From a virus (taxonomy: Duplodnaviria > Caudoviricetes), in IMG/VR virus record IMGVR_UViG_3300034008_000129, positions 1-44,079 of that record: 44,079 nt of DNA. One strand, 5' to 3'. Under the pieces are notes generated by a model that had not been told where the DNA came from, searched no databases, and was given only the letters and a program-made list of their open reading frames with translations. Positions 8,017-17,900 of the stretch are shown here, one piece after another; within the stretch, counting starts at the first letter, position 1; each line of letters begins with the position of its first letter. The position numbers and the translations under genes were made by a program.

Positions 8017-8358
8017 TCAGTCTCCGGCTGGTTGGTCGGGCTTGTCGTCCGTCAGCTTGATCCCGGACATCTGCTGACCGATGGTCCGAGCGAGAGCGAC
8101 GATCAGCCGGAACGTGCCAAAGCCGGTCCACCCGGCCGCGACGCCCGCAGCGATCACCAGCCACACCGGCCATCGGTATTCGTTCGCCAGCGCCCCACCG
8201 AGCGCGCCGAGTGCTGGCAGCATCGTGATCTCGACGATGACCTGCCTGCGTCCCACCGCCTTGCCGCGCTCATACGCCTGCCCCAGCCGCCCGATCTGAC
8301 CCGAGGCCACCGCAAAGACCATGAGGGCGAACATCGCCCAGCTCTCATGACCCTTCAC
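8017..8358 (-). CDS. Putative holin (GTG start)
   Basis: About three hydrophobic segments; immediately upstream of the endolysin; GTGA overlap with the upstream gene. Confidence 0.65.
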   Translation of the reverse strand: MKGHESWAMFALMVFAVASGQIGRLGQAYERGKAVGRRQVIVEITMLPALGALGGALANEYRWPVWLVIAAGVAAGWTGFGTFRLIVALARTIGQQMSGIKLTDDKPDQPAGD

Positions 8359-8858
8359 GGCAGCGAGACAGTGAAATAGCCGATCCCTGCACCCATGATC
8401 GCGAACGCTCCGCTCACCAGGAGGCTGAGTGACCGGCGCTTGGTCACCGCAGCGTGGATCGACGCCATGCCGCAGGCGAGAAAGCCTGCGCTGAGCAAGT
8501 CCATGCCGCGGTCGAAAACGGCCCAGCCGGACGGGCTCACCGCCACCAGCTGCGCCACGTCGCCGACGCTGCCCATCGACAGCCCTGCGCCGATCAGCAC
8601 CATGCCCGTGAACAGGAGAACCACGCTCCACTTGGTCGTGATGGCGGCGAGCAGTTCGGTATATTGCTTGTCGAGGCTGCGGATCAGGCGCCTGCGGCAG
8701 CTCTCCTTGTCCTGACCATCGCAGCGGATCAGGTGCCAGATGCACTTCGCAACCGGCCGCAACCCATGCAGCCCGACCGCGGCGAAGCGGATCGAGGACA
8801 GGAAGATGATCCAGACCGCGGTGACGCCGACGATGTGGGTGATGTCGCGCTCGCTCAT
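8355..8858 (-). CDS. Multi-pass membrane protein in the lysis cassette (holin/antiholin candidate)
   Basis: Four hydrophobic segments; ATGA coupling to the fibre gene. Confidence 0.6.
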   Translation of the reverse strand: MSERDITHIVGVTAVWIIFLSSIRFAAVGLHGLRPVAKCIWHLIRCDGQDKESCRRRLIRSLDKQYTELLAAITTKWSVVLLFTGMVLIGAGLSMGSVGDVAQLVAVSPSGWAVFDRGMDLLSAGFLACGMASIHAAVTKRRSLSLLVSGAFAIMGAGIGYFTVSLP

Positions 8859-11800
8859 GCGATCAACTTCCTCACCGCGCGCTCGAACTCCTCGATCGCC
8901 GCGACGCCGGGCCGGATCATCGCTTCCGGCATCGCGCGGCCGACATGCCAGAAGCCGAGCTGGCGCGGGCTGTGGCGGACGGTTGCGTTTGCCCCCGAGT
9001 TGTCGTCGCCCGACGACTGGAGCAGCGTGATGGCATCCGGCATCGCCACGTCGGTACGCGGGCCCGCCGCCATGAACCGGCCCTTGGAGTAGATGCGCTG
9101 CTCTCCCGCCGTGCGCGCAAGCCCGAGAATGTGGCGCGGCGAAAGGCTCTCGTCGCCCGCCCCCGTCTCCAGCCGGTCGGTCGTACCGGCAACGCCCATC
9201 TGGACGGCCGCCGCCTGTGTGTCACGGCCACGGACGTAGAGCCGGTCGTTCTTTGCGCCGATCTCGCCCGCGTTGGTCCGATGGCGGGTGAGGACGTATG
9301 CGCCCGCGTGCATGTCATTGATCGCCATGCCGCGCGACGCCGCGGACGGATCGTAGCCCGTCGCCAGCCAGCCCGCGTTCGCCCTGACCGAGACGAACTG
9401 GTCGCTCGTGTCGTAATTGTCGCCAGTCGACTGGAAACCCCGGTACGGAGTGAAGGTCAGATTGGCGCTATTCTGCTCCACCAGCGCCAGGTCACCCGCG
9501 GTTGCCCCAAACAGGTTGAGCCGCGCGCCCTGGCGGGTCGGCGCCCAGGTCGCCCCCGCCGCGTCGAGGTAGCCGCGTTCGAGCGGATCGAGCGGTATCC
9601 AGCCGCATTCGGTCCATTTGAAGAACAGCCGGTCGAGCGCGTTGATCCACGCGGCAGGCGGCGTGACCGTGTGCCGTCCGACGATGATGCTCGTCCGCTC
9701 CAGCAGCCGCACCGAAATCGTGCCGGTCAGCGGATCGACGGTGTTGGCGACGGTCCCGGCCGCGTCCTGCCACAGCGCCTCCGCGGTATCGCCGGTCGAA
9801 TACACGGGGACGTGGCGAGCCTTGTGCATCTCGCTCGCCGACGCGCGCTTGAAGTAGCGGTTGGAGTCGGAGGCGAGGCTGTCGAGCGCAAGCTGCGACA
9901 CGGGCGGGCGCGAGAAGAACTCCCATTTGCCTTCCTGCCACACCCCGCCCGTGTACCGATCGCCGTCGATCTCGGACGCCTGCACGTAGCGCAGGTTGCC
10001 GAAGTCGTAACCGAACAGCTCGTCGTCCGCGATACGTCCGGTCAGCTTCCAGCCCACGTCCGCTGAGGCATCGCAGAGCAGGTCGCAGCCGTCGGTCAGG
10101 AAGCTGGCGGGTATCTCGTGATGGACGCCCTGTGCGCCCGCCCAATAGTCGAGCTTGCCCTCCACCAATTTGGAGACGAGGTGGAGCCCGTCGCACGCGC
10201 GCACCTGGATGGCCCGGAACGCGTTCGGGTCGGGGAACTCGCTGTTGCCCATCGCGACATTCATCAGGTGCCAGAGAAGCCCCCGCGGGTAGAGCTTGCG
10301 CACCTCGTCGCCGATTACGACGCCGATGTCCGCCACCTTCTCGCGGATGTCGAGCACCATCGACGCGGCGTTGACCACGTCGTTGACCCGCGCGGCGAAG
10401 TTCCACTCCGGAGCCATGACGACGCCGGACCCTGGATTGTACCGCCCGTTACCGCCGCCGGTGAAGAAGCATTGGCCGTAGATGTTGGTGACCCGGTCCC
10501 ACCAGGCGTTGCAGCCGTGCAGGTTCTCGGTCGTCAGGCCATAGCCGTCGGTATCGACCCGCGCCGACTTGCCGCAGAACAGCCCGACACGCTGATCACC
10601 CGAACGAAGCCAGAGGTCGCCGACCCCTGCGCCCCAGATCATGTGCTTGCCGTGACGTGACCAGATCGCGGGCGTCGGGATCATGAACAGGTTCTGGGTG
10701 CCGTCGGCATTCAGCTCCTGATACGCCCGGCGGAACCCGCCCCGATCGCGGCGGCTCTCGTGCTCGCCCCTGATTATCCCCGACGAGTCTCCGCCCGGCG
10801 GGGTCCTGACGATCATCTCGTTGTCGGACCCGTCCAGCGTGATGCGGTTGCTATCGGGGCTCTCGGTCGAGGTCCGCATCTGGAACCAGGCGGCCCCGTC
10901 GAATACGAGGTAGCGGTTGTTCTCGAAATTGGTCCGCCCGTCGATCGCGATGCTGGTGTTGACGCTCACGCCGGTCGAGGTCTTGATGCGAAAGAACGCG
11001 CCTTTGAGCGGCTGCGTACGCGGGTAACCGATCGCGGTCGCATTGTAGCCGCCCGACACGATCCCCTGCTGGTTGAGCGCCGGGTTCCACTCGCCCTGCC
11101 ACCCCCGACGATCATCGTCACCGATCAGGATGTACTGCATCAGCTCGGTGCGGGCCTCGGTCAGCGCGGTCCCGGTCAGCCCCGCTGGTGCATAGTCGGC
11201 GAGGATGACGAACGGCTGTGCGTAATCGAGCAGGATGTCGTTGTACGCGCCGCTGACCTGCGCGGACTGCTTCTCCGAATTGCCGAGCCAGCGCGTGCCG
11301 ACGTACCAGCGGTTGCTGTCATAGCGGATGCGGCTGGTCGATCCGGTGTCGTTGTAATGCTCGAACCCGATCGCGCGCGTGGTAAGGTTCGACAGCGTGG
11401 AGGTCTGGTTGCCCTCGCCGTAAATGTCCACGTCGCTGCGCAGCGTGAAGCGTGACTGCGGCGGGGTGTAGCCGCTCATGCTGCCGCTCCGCCCGTGGCG
11501 GCCGCAGACGCGCGGCACCGGCACGCCGCCCTTCAGGAAGCCGTTCTTGGCGAAGAACTTGAACCGCCCGCCCGCGGTCCAGCTCATCGTACCCAGGTCG
11601 ATGTCGCCAGCTTCGGTCCACAAAATGCCGTCGCCGTCGACCGCAGGCCCGACGATACCGTTGTCGTTCTGGAGCGTGTTCTGGTTGACCACGTAGTCGC
11701 GCACGATCGCGAACAGCGCCTCCTGACCCAGCGAGGCTGCGGTATCGCCGGTGACGAGCCCGAGCTGCGCCATGTGGATCGGGCCGTCCGGCACGAACTC

Positions 11801-12505
11801 CCAGATGCGGACCGAGCCCTCCCGGATGATGCGCTTCAGGCCGACATCATAGCGGATTGAGCCCAACGCGAACTGGCGCTGGCCCGCCTGCGGGTGACCG
11901 GCGGGATGGACCGGCGGATTGCCGATCACGCGCCACAGCGCACCGCCCCGTGCCATCCGCCCCGGCTCGTCCCGATGCGCGGGACTGGCGTACGCGGATT
12001 GCAGCTCCGTCCCGACCGGCACATCCTGGTGAATGATCGAGTCCGCCGCAGACGAGCCGACGGTGTAGCGGATCAGGCCCGAACCGCCCGAACTTCCGCC
12101 GGGGTTCGCCAGCGCGGCCCAGCCTTCGTTCTGGCGGCCGTAGACCTGACCGTCGGCCGGAGCTTCGGGGATGCCGCCCGCTCCGCCCTCCGCAGGATCG
12201 AACGCCTGCCATGCGCTGTTGCGCCGCGCGTAGAACTCGCCGTCCGCGGGCGCTTCGGGAAGCCCGCTGGGGATTTCGCCTCCACCGGGTCCCACGCCCA
12301 GCTCGGCAAGCACTCTGGCGGGCGACGGATTGAACCGGACTGCACCAGTGGAGTCGGTGAACGGGTACATGCCGTCGCCAGCTGGACCGCCGTCAGACGG
12401 TCCGTACCACCAGTTACTCACCTCCTGCTGGGTTAGGTCGCGACGGCCTACGAGCCCCGAGACGGAGCCCAGAAGCTGGCTGAGGCGAGGGTCTTCGATC
12501 GACAT
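8855..12505 (-). CDS. Tail fibre / receptor-binding protein (1216 aa)
   Basis: Follows the tail tip gene; two PEAPADGxxYxRxNxxW repeats typical of fibres; Gly/aromatic-rich. Confidence 0.75.
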   Translation of the reverse strand: MSIEDPRLSQLLGSVSGLVGRRDLTQQEVSNWWYGPSDGGPAGDGMYPFTDSTGAVRFNPSPARVLAELGVGPGGGEIPSGLPEAPADGEFYARRNSAWQAFDPAEGGAGGIPEAPADGQVYGRQNEGWAALANPGGSSGGSGLIRYTVGSSAADSIIHQDVPVGTELQSAYASPAHRDEPGRMARGGALWRVIGNPPVHPAGHPQAGQRQFALGSIRYDVGLKRIIREGSVRIWEFVPDGPIHMAQLGLVTGDTAASLGQEALFAIVRDYVVNQNTLQNDNGIVGPAVDGDGILWTEAGDIDLGTMSWTAGGRFKFFAKNGFLKGGVPVPRVCGRHGRSGSMSGYTPPQSRFTLRSDVDIYGEGNQTSTLSNLTTRAIGFEHYNDTGSTSRIRYDSNRWYVGTRWLGNSEKQSAQVSGAYNDILLDYAQPFVILADYAPAGLTGTALTEARTELMQYILIGDDDRRGWQGEWNPALNQQGIVSGGYNATAIGYPRTQPLKGAFFRIKTSTGVSVNTSIAIDGRTNFENNRYLVFDGAAWFQMRTSTESPDSNRITLDGSDNEMIVRTPPGGDSSGIIRGEHESRRDRGGFRRAYQELNADGTQNLFMIPTPAIWSRHGKHMIWGAGVGDLWLRSGDQRVGLFCGKSARVDTDGYGLTTENLHGCNAWWDRVTNIYGQCFFTGGGNGRYNPGSGVVMAPEWNFAARVNDVVNAASMVLDIREKVADIGVVIGDEVRKLYPRGLLWHLMNVAMGNSEFPDPNAFRAIQVRACDGLHLVSKLVEGKLDYWAGAQGVHHEIPASFLTDGCDLLCDASADVGWKLTGRIADDELFGYDFGNLRYVQASEIDGDRYTGGVWQEGKWEFFSRPPVSQLALDSLASDSNRYFKRASASEMHKARHVPVYSTGDTAEALWQDAAGTVANTVDPLTGTISVRLLERTSIIVGRHTVTPPAAWINALDRLFFKWTECGWIPLDPLERGYLDAAGATWAPTRQGARLNLFGATAGDLALVEQNSANLTFTPYRGFQSTGDNYDTSDQFVSVRANAGWLATGYDPSAASRGMAINDMHAGAYVLTRHRTNAGEIGAKNDRLYVRGRDTQAAAVQMGVAGTTDRLETGAGDESLSPRHILGLARTAGEQRIYSKGRFMAAGPRTDVAMPDAITLLQSSGDDNSGANATVRHSPRQLGFWHVGRAMPEAMIRPGVAAIEEFERAVRKLIA

Positions 12506-12509
12506 GGCG

Positions 12510-14981
12510 CTACTCCACCGAGTTCACGGAAAGCCGCTGGCTCACCTCGGCGGGTCTCGCGGGCGATACGTTCGAATGAATGGTCGCGAGCGTTCGAGCC
12601 ACGAGTTCGGCGCGGTACATGATCCCAGACGTGCCGCCTGAGTTGTCGGTAAACGTGACGCTGCCAGAAATTGCGTCGCGTACGTGCCCAGGCTCAGTCT
12701 GGCCGAAGCCGTCCTCCCCCGTCACCTCGCCGATAAAGGTCTGTTCCGAAATCTGGTCCCACCCGGTCCCACCATTGCGGAACAGTCGCACCGTGGCGGT
12801 TGGCGTCCCGCTGACATCGAAAGCGTTGGTGATGACGACGTTGCGAGTGAAGGAATAGCCGACAACGACGTTGCGGACCCCGCCGTTGGAGTCGAACGGC
12901 CCGATGCTAATGGAGGCGTCTGCTGCCTCGACGCTTGTCTGCGCTCCGTTCTTCAGCACGCCCGCCGACAGAGTGCCGCCGAAGTAAGCGTCGCCATCCA
13001 CCGCCTCGTAGCTGATCGCGTTCGCACGCGAGCAATGCGCGAGCGGCATGGTCGGCCCGAACCATGAGAGCAGATCGCTTGCGACGCCGAAACCGACACC
13101 TTGAACGCGCATGAAGCTGCCGTTGTTGAATACGACCCGACCAGTTCCCAGGCGCAAGTCGGCATTGATGAGGTTGAGGCTGCCGGGGCCCTCTTCGGAA
13201 CCTACGAGCTGCTGGCCGACGACGTTGCCGTTGATGTCGACCGCAATGGTTCGGGTCGCCTCGACCTTCCCAAACCGGTCGCTGACCACCTCGTCATATT
13301 CGGTGATCTTGGCCTGCACGTCTGCCTCGGACAGTCCGACCTCATCCAGGCGCGCAGCGAGCGTCTTTTCCTCGTCGACCAAAACCCGATCCAAGCGGAT
13401 CACGCGAGCCGTGCCGTCCGGTGCCGTCGCGAAGATGCCGGAGAAGTCCGATGCGAGCGCCGACGTCGCGGTTGTCTGTTCATCACGAAATTGCAGGAAC
13501 ACCACTGCGGCGGGCTGACCTTCGATAAAGGCGCTGGCTTGAATGACCCGGAGCAGATCGTCTTGCCGCAACACCTCCTCCAGGATTGATGTGGTATTGA
13601 TGTCGATCGCGGCGATTACCTCGGGCGTCGCTCTTCCTCCGACCGCCGCGGTATCCTTGGCGACGTTCTCACTGGTGACATCCGCGTTGTTTGCGGGCTT
13701 GGTGCCGTTCTTGTCGGTAACGTCTTCCCAGTCGACCGTTGTCGTGAGCGGCTCGACCTGCGCCGCACTGCTCAGCCCCTCGATCGAAAGCGTGAGCTTG
13801 CTGACAGCGCCGCCCGCCTCGATCGACCAATCCTTGACGAAGCCGTAAATAGTCAGGCTATCCAGCCCGGTCGGTCCGACCCAGAGCGCAGGCCGCGCTC
13901 GGACCATCGCCAAGCGTCCGGCAACTTGGTCGAGGGCATCCGTTCGGATCAGGGCGCGCGCACTCATGCGCTTAGCCCAAGCCCGCTGCACTACTGCGAC
14001 CTCGCCAAAGTCGTCGACCTCCTTGCGGCTGAAGTCCGTGATGGCAGCCGTTGGATTTGCCTCGGTGATCCCAAGGAGGACTAAGCGACCGATCAGCAGC
14101 GTACCGACGGACACCAGACCTGCACCCGTGACCGTCACCGTCACCGGCAAACTCGTCTCCGGCATATCGAGGAAGGTCAGTGCGCCAGCGCCGACGGTCT
14201 GAGTTCGATCGTAGCCGGGCGCCTGAACCCGAACCGTCGAGGCGTTCACATCGAGCAGCGCCACCGCGTTTACCGCTCCTGCGGCAAGCGTAACCGTAAT
14301 TGCCCCGGCTCCGGTGGTCGCGGTTCCCAGGGCCTGATCAAACATCGCCCAGCGTTTAGTCGGGCCGACGTCGAGCCACTTGCCGGACGAACCCGCCGGA
14401 TCGTTGCCGCTGTTCGCACCTGCGGCGCTCTCGTAGATGCGGTGCGTGGATGACAGGATCACACGCGCGCCGAGTGGGTACGCCGTGCCCGCAGCCCAGG
14501 CGGGGAAATCATCCTCCTGGACAGTCGAGGCCGTGAGCCGCGCATCCGTCACAGGGACGGGCTGCACAAGGCGCAGCGTGGATGCGGACCCAGCCGGTGC
14601 CGGATCGCCGCCCAGATCGGTGATTGGCTCGGCGTCGAGGAGCCCTTCGACAGTCAGGGTGCAGTAGCTGACCGGCGGTACGGCCAGGTCAAGCGCGAAG
14701 TCCTTGTAGAAGCCGCGGACGGAGAGGCTGGCGAACCGCTCGTCGGCAATCCACAGGGCAGGGGTGGCGCGCAGCGCGGCAAGGCGCTGCTGGAGAGCAT
14801 CAACCTGGTCGAAGGGTACGGCGATCCGGACTGACATCCGCCGGGCGAACCCGCGCTCGACCACCGTTGTCACCCCGAAATCGTCGGTGACCCGGCGGCT
14901 GTAATCGGTAATGCCGATCGTCGGGGAGGTTTCCGTCTTACCGAGTGCGATCACCTCGCCGTCGTCGAGCTCGACCCTCAT
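12510..14981 (-). CDS. Tail tip/distal tail fusion protein with an internally duplicated domain and a CBM-like module
   Basis: Directly after tape measure; two ITD(Y/F)SR..DDFG...RMS domains; WAAGTAYPLGARV CBM-like motif. Confidence 0.7.
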   Translation of the reverse strand: MRVELDDGEVIALGKTETSPTIGITDYSRRVTDDFGVTTVVERGFARRMSVRIAVPFDQVDALQQRLAALRATPALWIADERFASLSVRGFYKDFALDLAVPPVSYCTLTVEGLLDAEPITDLGGDPAPAGSASTLRLVQPVPVTDARLTASTVQEDDFPAWAAGTAYPLGARVILSSTHRIYESAAGANSGNDPAGSSGKWLDVGPTKRWAMFDQALGTATTGAGAITVTLAAGAVNAVALLDVNASTVRVQAPGYDRTQTVGAGALTFLDMPETSLPVTVTVTGAGLVSVGTLLIGRLVLLGITEANPTAAITDFSRKEVDDFGEVAVVQRAWAKRMSARALIRTDALDQVAGRLAMVRARPALWVGPTGLDSLTIYGFVKDWSIEAGGAVSKLTLSIEGLSSAAQVEPLTTTVDWEDVTDKNGTKPANNADVTSENVAKDTAAVGGRATPEVIAAIDINTTSILEEVLRQDDLLRVIQASAFIEGQPAAVVFLQFRDEQTTATSALASDFSGIFATAPDGTARVIRLDRVLVDEEKTLAARLDEVGLSEADVQAKITEYDEVVSDRFGKVEATRTIAVDINGNVVGQQLVGSEEGPGSLNLINADLRLGTGRVVFNNGSFMRVQGVGFGVASDLLSWFGPTMPLAHCSRANAISYEAVDGDAYFGGTLSAGVLKNGAQTSVEAADASISIGPFDSNGGVRNVVVGYSFTRNVVITNAFDVSGTPTATVRLFRNGGTGWDQISEQTFIGEVTGEDGFGQTEPGHVRDAISGSVTFTDNSGGTSGIMYRAELVARTLATIHSNVSPARPAEVSQRLSVNSVE

Positions 14982-17900
14982 GCCGCAACGCTCGTCACGC
15001 TGATCGCGTCGCCGCCGCTGGCGCTGGTCACATCCTCCAGCTTGCGAGCCGTGCGCCCAGTGTTGCCCGCCACCGTCGCGAGGCCCGTATTGATATCCGC
15101 GCGCATGGCAGCAAGTTCGGTCCGCAAGGCGCGTACCTCCTCAGCGCGGTCCTCGTTCGCCGTCGCAGGAGCAGCGGTCGCCTGAGCTGCTGTCGCTGCC
15201 GCAGACAGGGTCGACCCAGTGCTGCTCGTCCCGGCACCGGTCAGCGCGCCGATGACACCGTAGGTCGCCTCAAGGCTCGCCGCCGTCTGCGCCTGGACGC
15301 GGGCAAGCTCCTGTCGGCTCGTGGCGGTGTCGGCTGCCACCTTCAGCAGCGCCTGCGACAAGCCGGGCAGGCTCTTGGCCGCATCCTGGTTACCGCCGCG
15401 TGCGGCACTGGTCGCCGCGTTGAACTGCCCCAACAGCGAAGCGAAGCTGCCCTCGCCAGCGCCTCCGGTCAGCCCGCGGATGCGCTTGACCTCGTCCATG
15501 ATCGTATCGCCGACGGACTTCCACGCGTCCTGCAGCTGCTTCGCCGCGGCTGCGGCTGCCTGCGCGTCCTGCACCGCGTAGATTTGCTCCTGAAGGCCGC
15601 GGTTCGACACATCGAGCTTGGCGAGGTCGAGCGCGCGGATCGTCGCGGTGTCGCCGCGTAGCTCCAGCAGCTTGCGTTCCAGGTCCTGCCGCTCGCTCAG
15701 GATGTCCGCTGCGCTCTTGGCGCCGTCCATGACCGATGCAAGCTCCGCGAATGCGGGCGCGAGCTGCAACAGGGTGGCGTACGTCGACTGCCCCGAGGCC
15801 GTGGTCAGGTTCTGCGCCTCTACGAGCGAGCGGAACCCGGCCAGCGTGTTCGGCATCGCCAGCCCCAGGCTGTCGAACACCGTGGCGAACTGCGCCGCCC
15901 GCGCCGCAGCCTGTTCCTGCTTGGAGTAGAAGGTCTCGAAATAGGACTGCGCCGCGCCGGTCAGATCGCCAAGGCTGTCGAACTGGTCCGCCAGAGCCAT
16001 CTTGGCGTCGATCGCAAGCCCTCGCGCGCCGGAGCCGAGCATGTCGAGCGAGGCCGTCACCGACTCGACGGTCGATGCGACCCGCACCAGCGTCTCGAAC
16101 GCGCCTTCGCCGACCCTCTGGAACCGCTCCACGCCGGGGAACGCCGCCGACGCCATGTTGTCGGCAGCCGCCCCGAACACCGCGGTCAACTTCTCCTCGA
16201 TCTCAGCTCCGGTCAGGCCCTGAAGGTCGATCTTGCCGATGTTGACGACGAAGCCCCGCAGTCGTGCCTCGATCTCCGACGTGGCGGTGCCGAGCGGCCC
16301 GGCCGCCGCGCCGATGGAGTCGTAGAAGCCACGCAGGATCAGCGTGAACTGCTGCTCCAGCCCATCGTCTGCCCCGGTGAAGGTAGTCGAGCGCTTGGTG
16401 CCAGTGGTGATCCCGAACAGCTTCTTCTTCTTCTCGACGTCCGAATAGTAGGACGCGTCGAAGCCATCGCCGAGGATGCTGTCGAGCGACTGCGCCTTGC
16501 CGAACAGCCCGCTTCCGACGACGGTGGTCTTGGACCCGAACAGGCCGCCCAGGATGCCGCCGATCAGCGGTATCTTGCTCAGCACCGATCCGACCGCGTT
16601 CATCTTGAACCCCTCGGTCACACCCGCCGACGCGTTGATGTCGCCAGACCGCACGACCAGCGAGGCAAGCCCGCCGATCTGGCTGTCGATCGAGCGCAGT
16701 GACGCGGCCATGTCGCGCGACGAGGTGAGCATAAGCGTGTCGACCTCCCGCAGCGCGTCGATCGACCGCTTGATGCTTTCCGACTGCGCGGAGCGGTCGC
16801 CGAGGACCGTGCCCGTCCCGGTATTGGTGACCGGCGCCGCCGCCCCGCCGCCGCCGCCGAAAACAGCGATGCCAGCCGCGACGAGCGCTGCGGCAGTCGC
16901 CGCCATTGCCGCGATGTTGGCGGGGAAGGGTAGCTGGCTCTGCTTGGCGATGCCCGCGGTGCCCTCCGCGGTCGCCTTGATCGCCGCGTTACTGACGATG
17001 CCCGTGGTCTCCAGCGCGTTCTGCACCATCGCCTGCACGGACATGGCGAACTGGACCGCGCGGTAGGCCTTCTCGGCTGCGGCGAGCGCGCGGTACGTCC
17101 CCGTACCTTCCTTTGCCATACTCTTGGCGGCGCCGATGATGTCGCCGAACGCGCCAACCTGCAAAGCCGCTGTGCGGCGCGCGGCATTCTGCGCGGTGAT
17201 GTCGCCCGCCGTCATCGCGTCAGCGATACGTTGGCGCTCCTCACCATAGCGGCCAAGGGTTCGCAGCACTTCGCCGATCGCTCCGCCGGCCCGGCCGAAG
17301 GAGCGCGACATGGCGTCACCCGCTTCCTCGGCCAGGTCAGCAGTAAGCCGCAGCCCTTCATGGAGCGCCTTGTGCTTCTCGGCTGCCGCCTCGTCTGCCG
17401 CGTCCCACTTCGCCTTGAGCGGATCGGCCTGCACGACGCCTGCGAGCAAGTCTCCCTCACCGAACAGTTCGCTGTACGTGCGCTTGCTTGCGTCCAAGGC
17501 GCGGCGAGGGGCATCGACGATTGCGGCCACGTCTAGTCCGGCTCCGGGATTGCGGGCGAGCGCAGCGAGCTTGTCGAGTTCCTTCTGATACTCTTTCATC
17601 TCCTGCGCCGCCTCGCGTCGGGCAGCCGCTGCTGCCTTGTTGGCCGCTGTGGCGGCCTTACCGGCAGCAGCCTCGCTCTCCTTGATGCGCTCCAGAGCAG
17701 CATCGCGAGCGCGGGTCGTGCTCAGCATCTCAGCGCGGTACTTCGCGTCTGACATGCTCCCGCGATCGTGAAGCCGAGTCAGCCGATCTACCTCGTCGGA
17801 GTAGCGTTGCGCGGCTGCCGTCGCCCTGTCGGTCGCAGCGGCGACGTCGCGCGAGATGATCCGCCCGCGCCCGCCTCGTATGGCAGTGTTCGCCTTCTCG

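Noticed and set aside
8855-12505. Diversity-generating retroelement or invertible fibre switch
   Set aside because: No reverse transcriptase, invertase or nucleotide-level template/variable repeat pair seen
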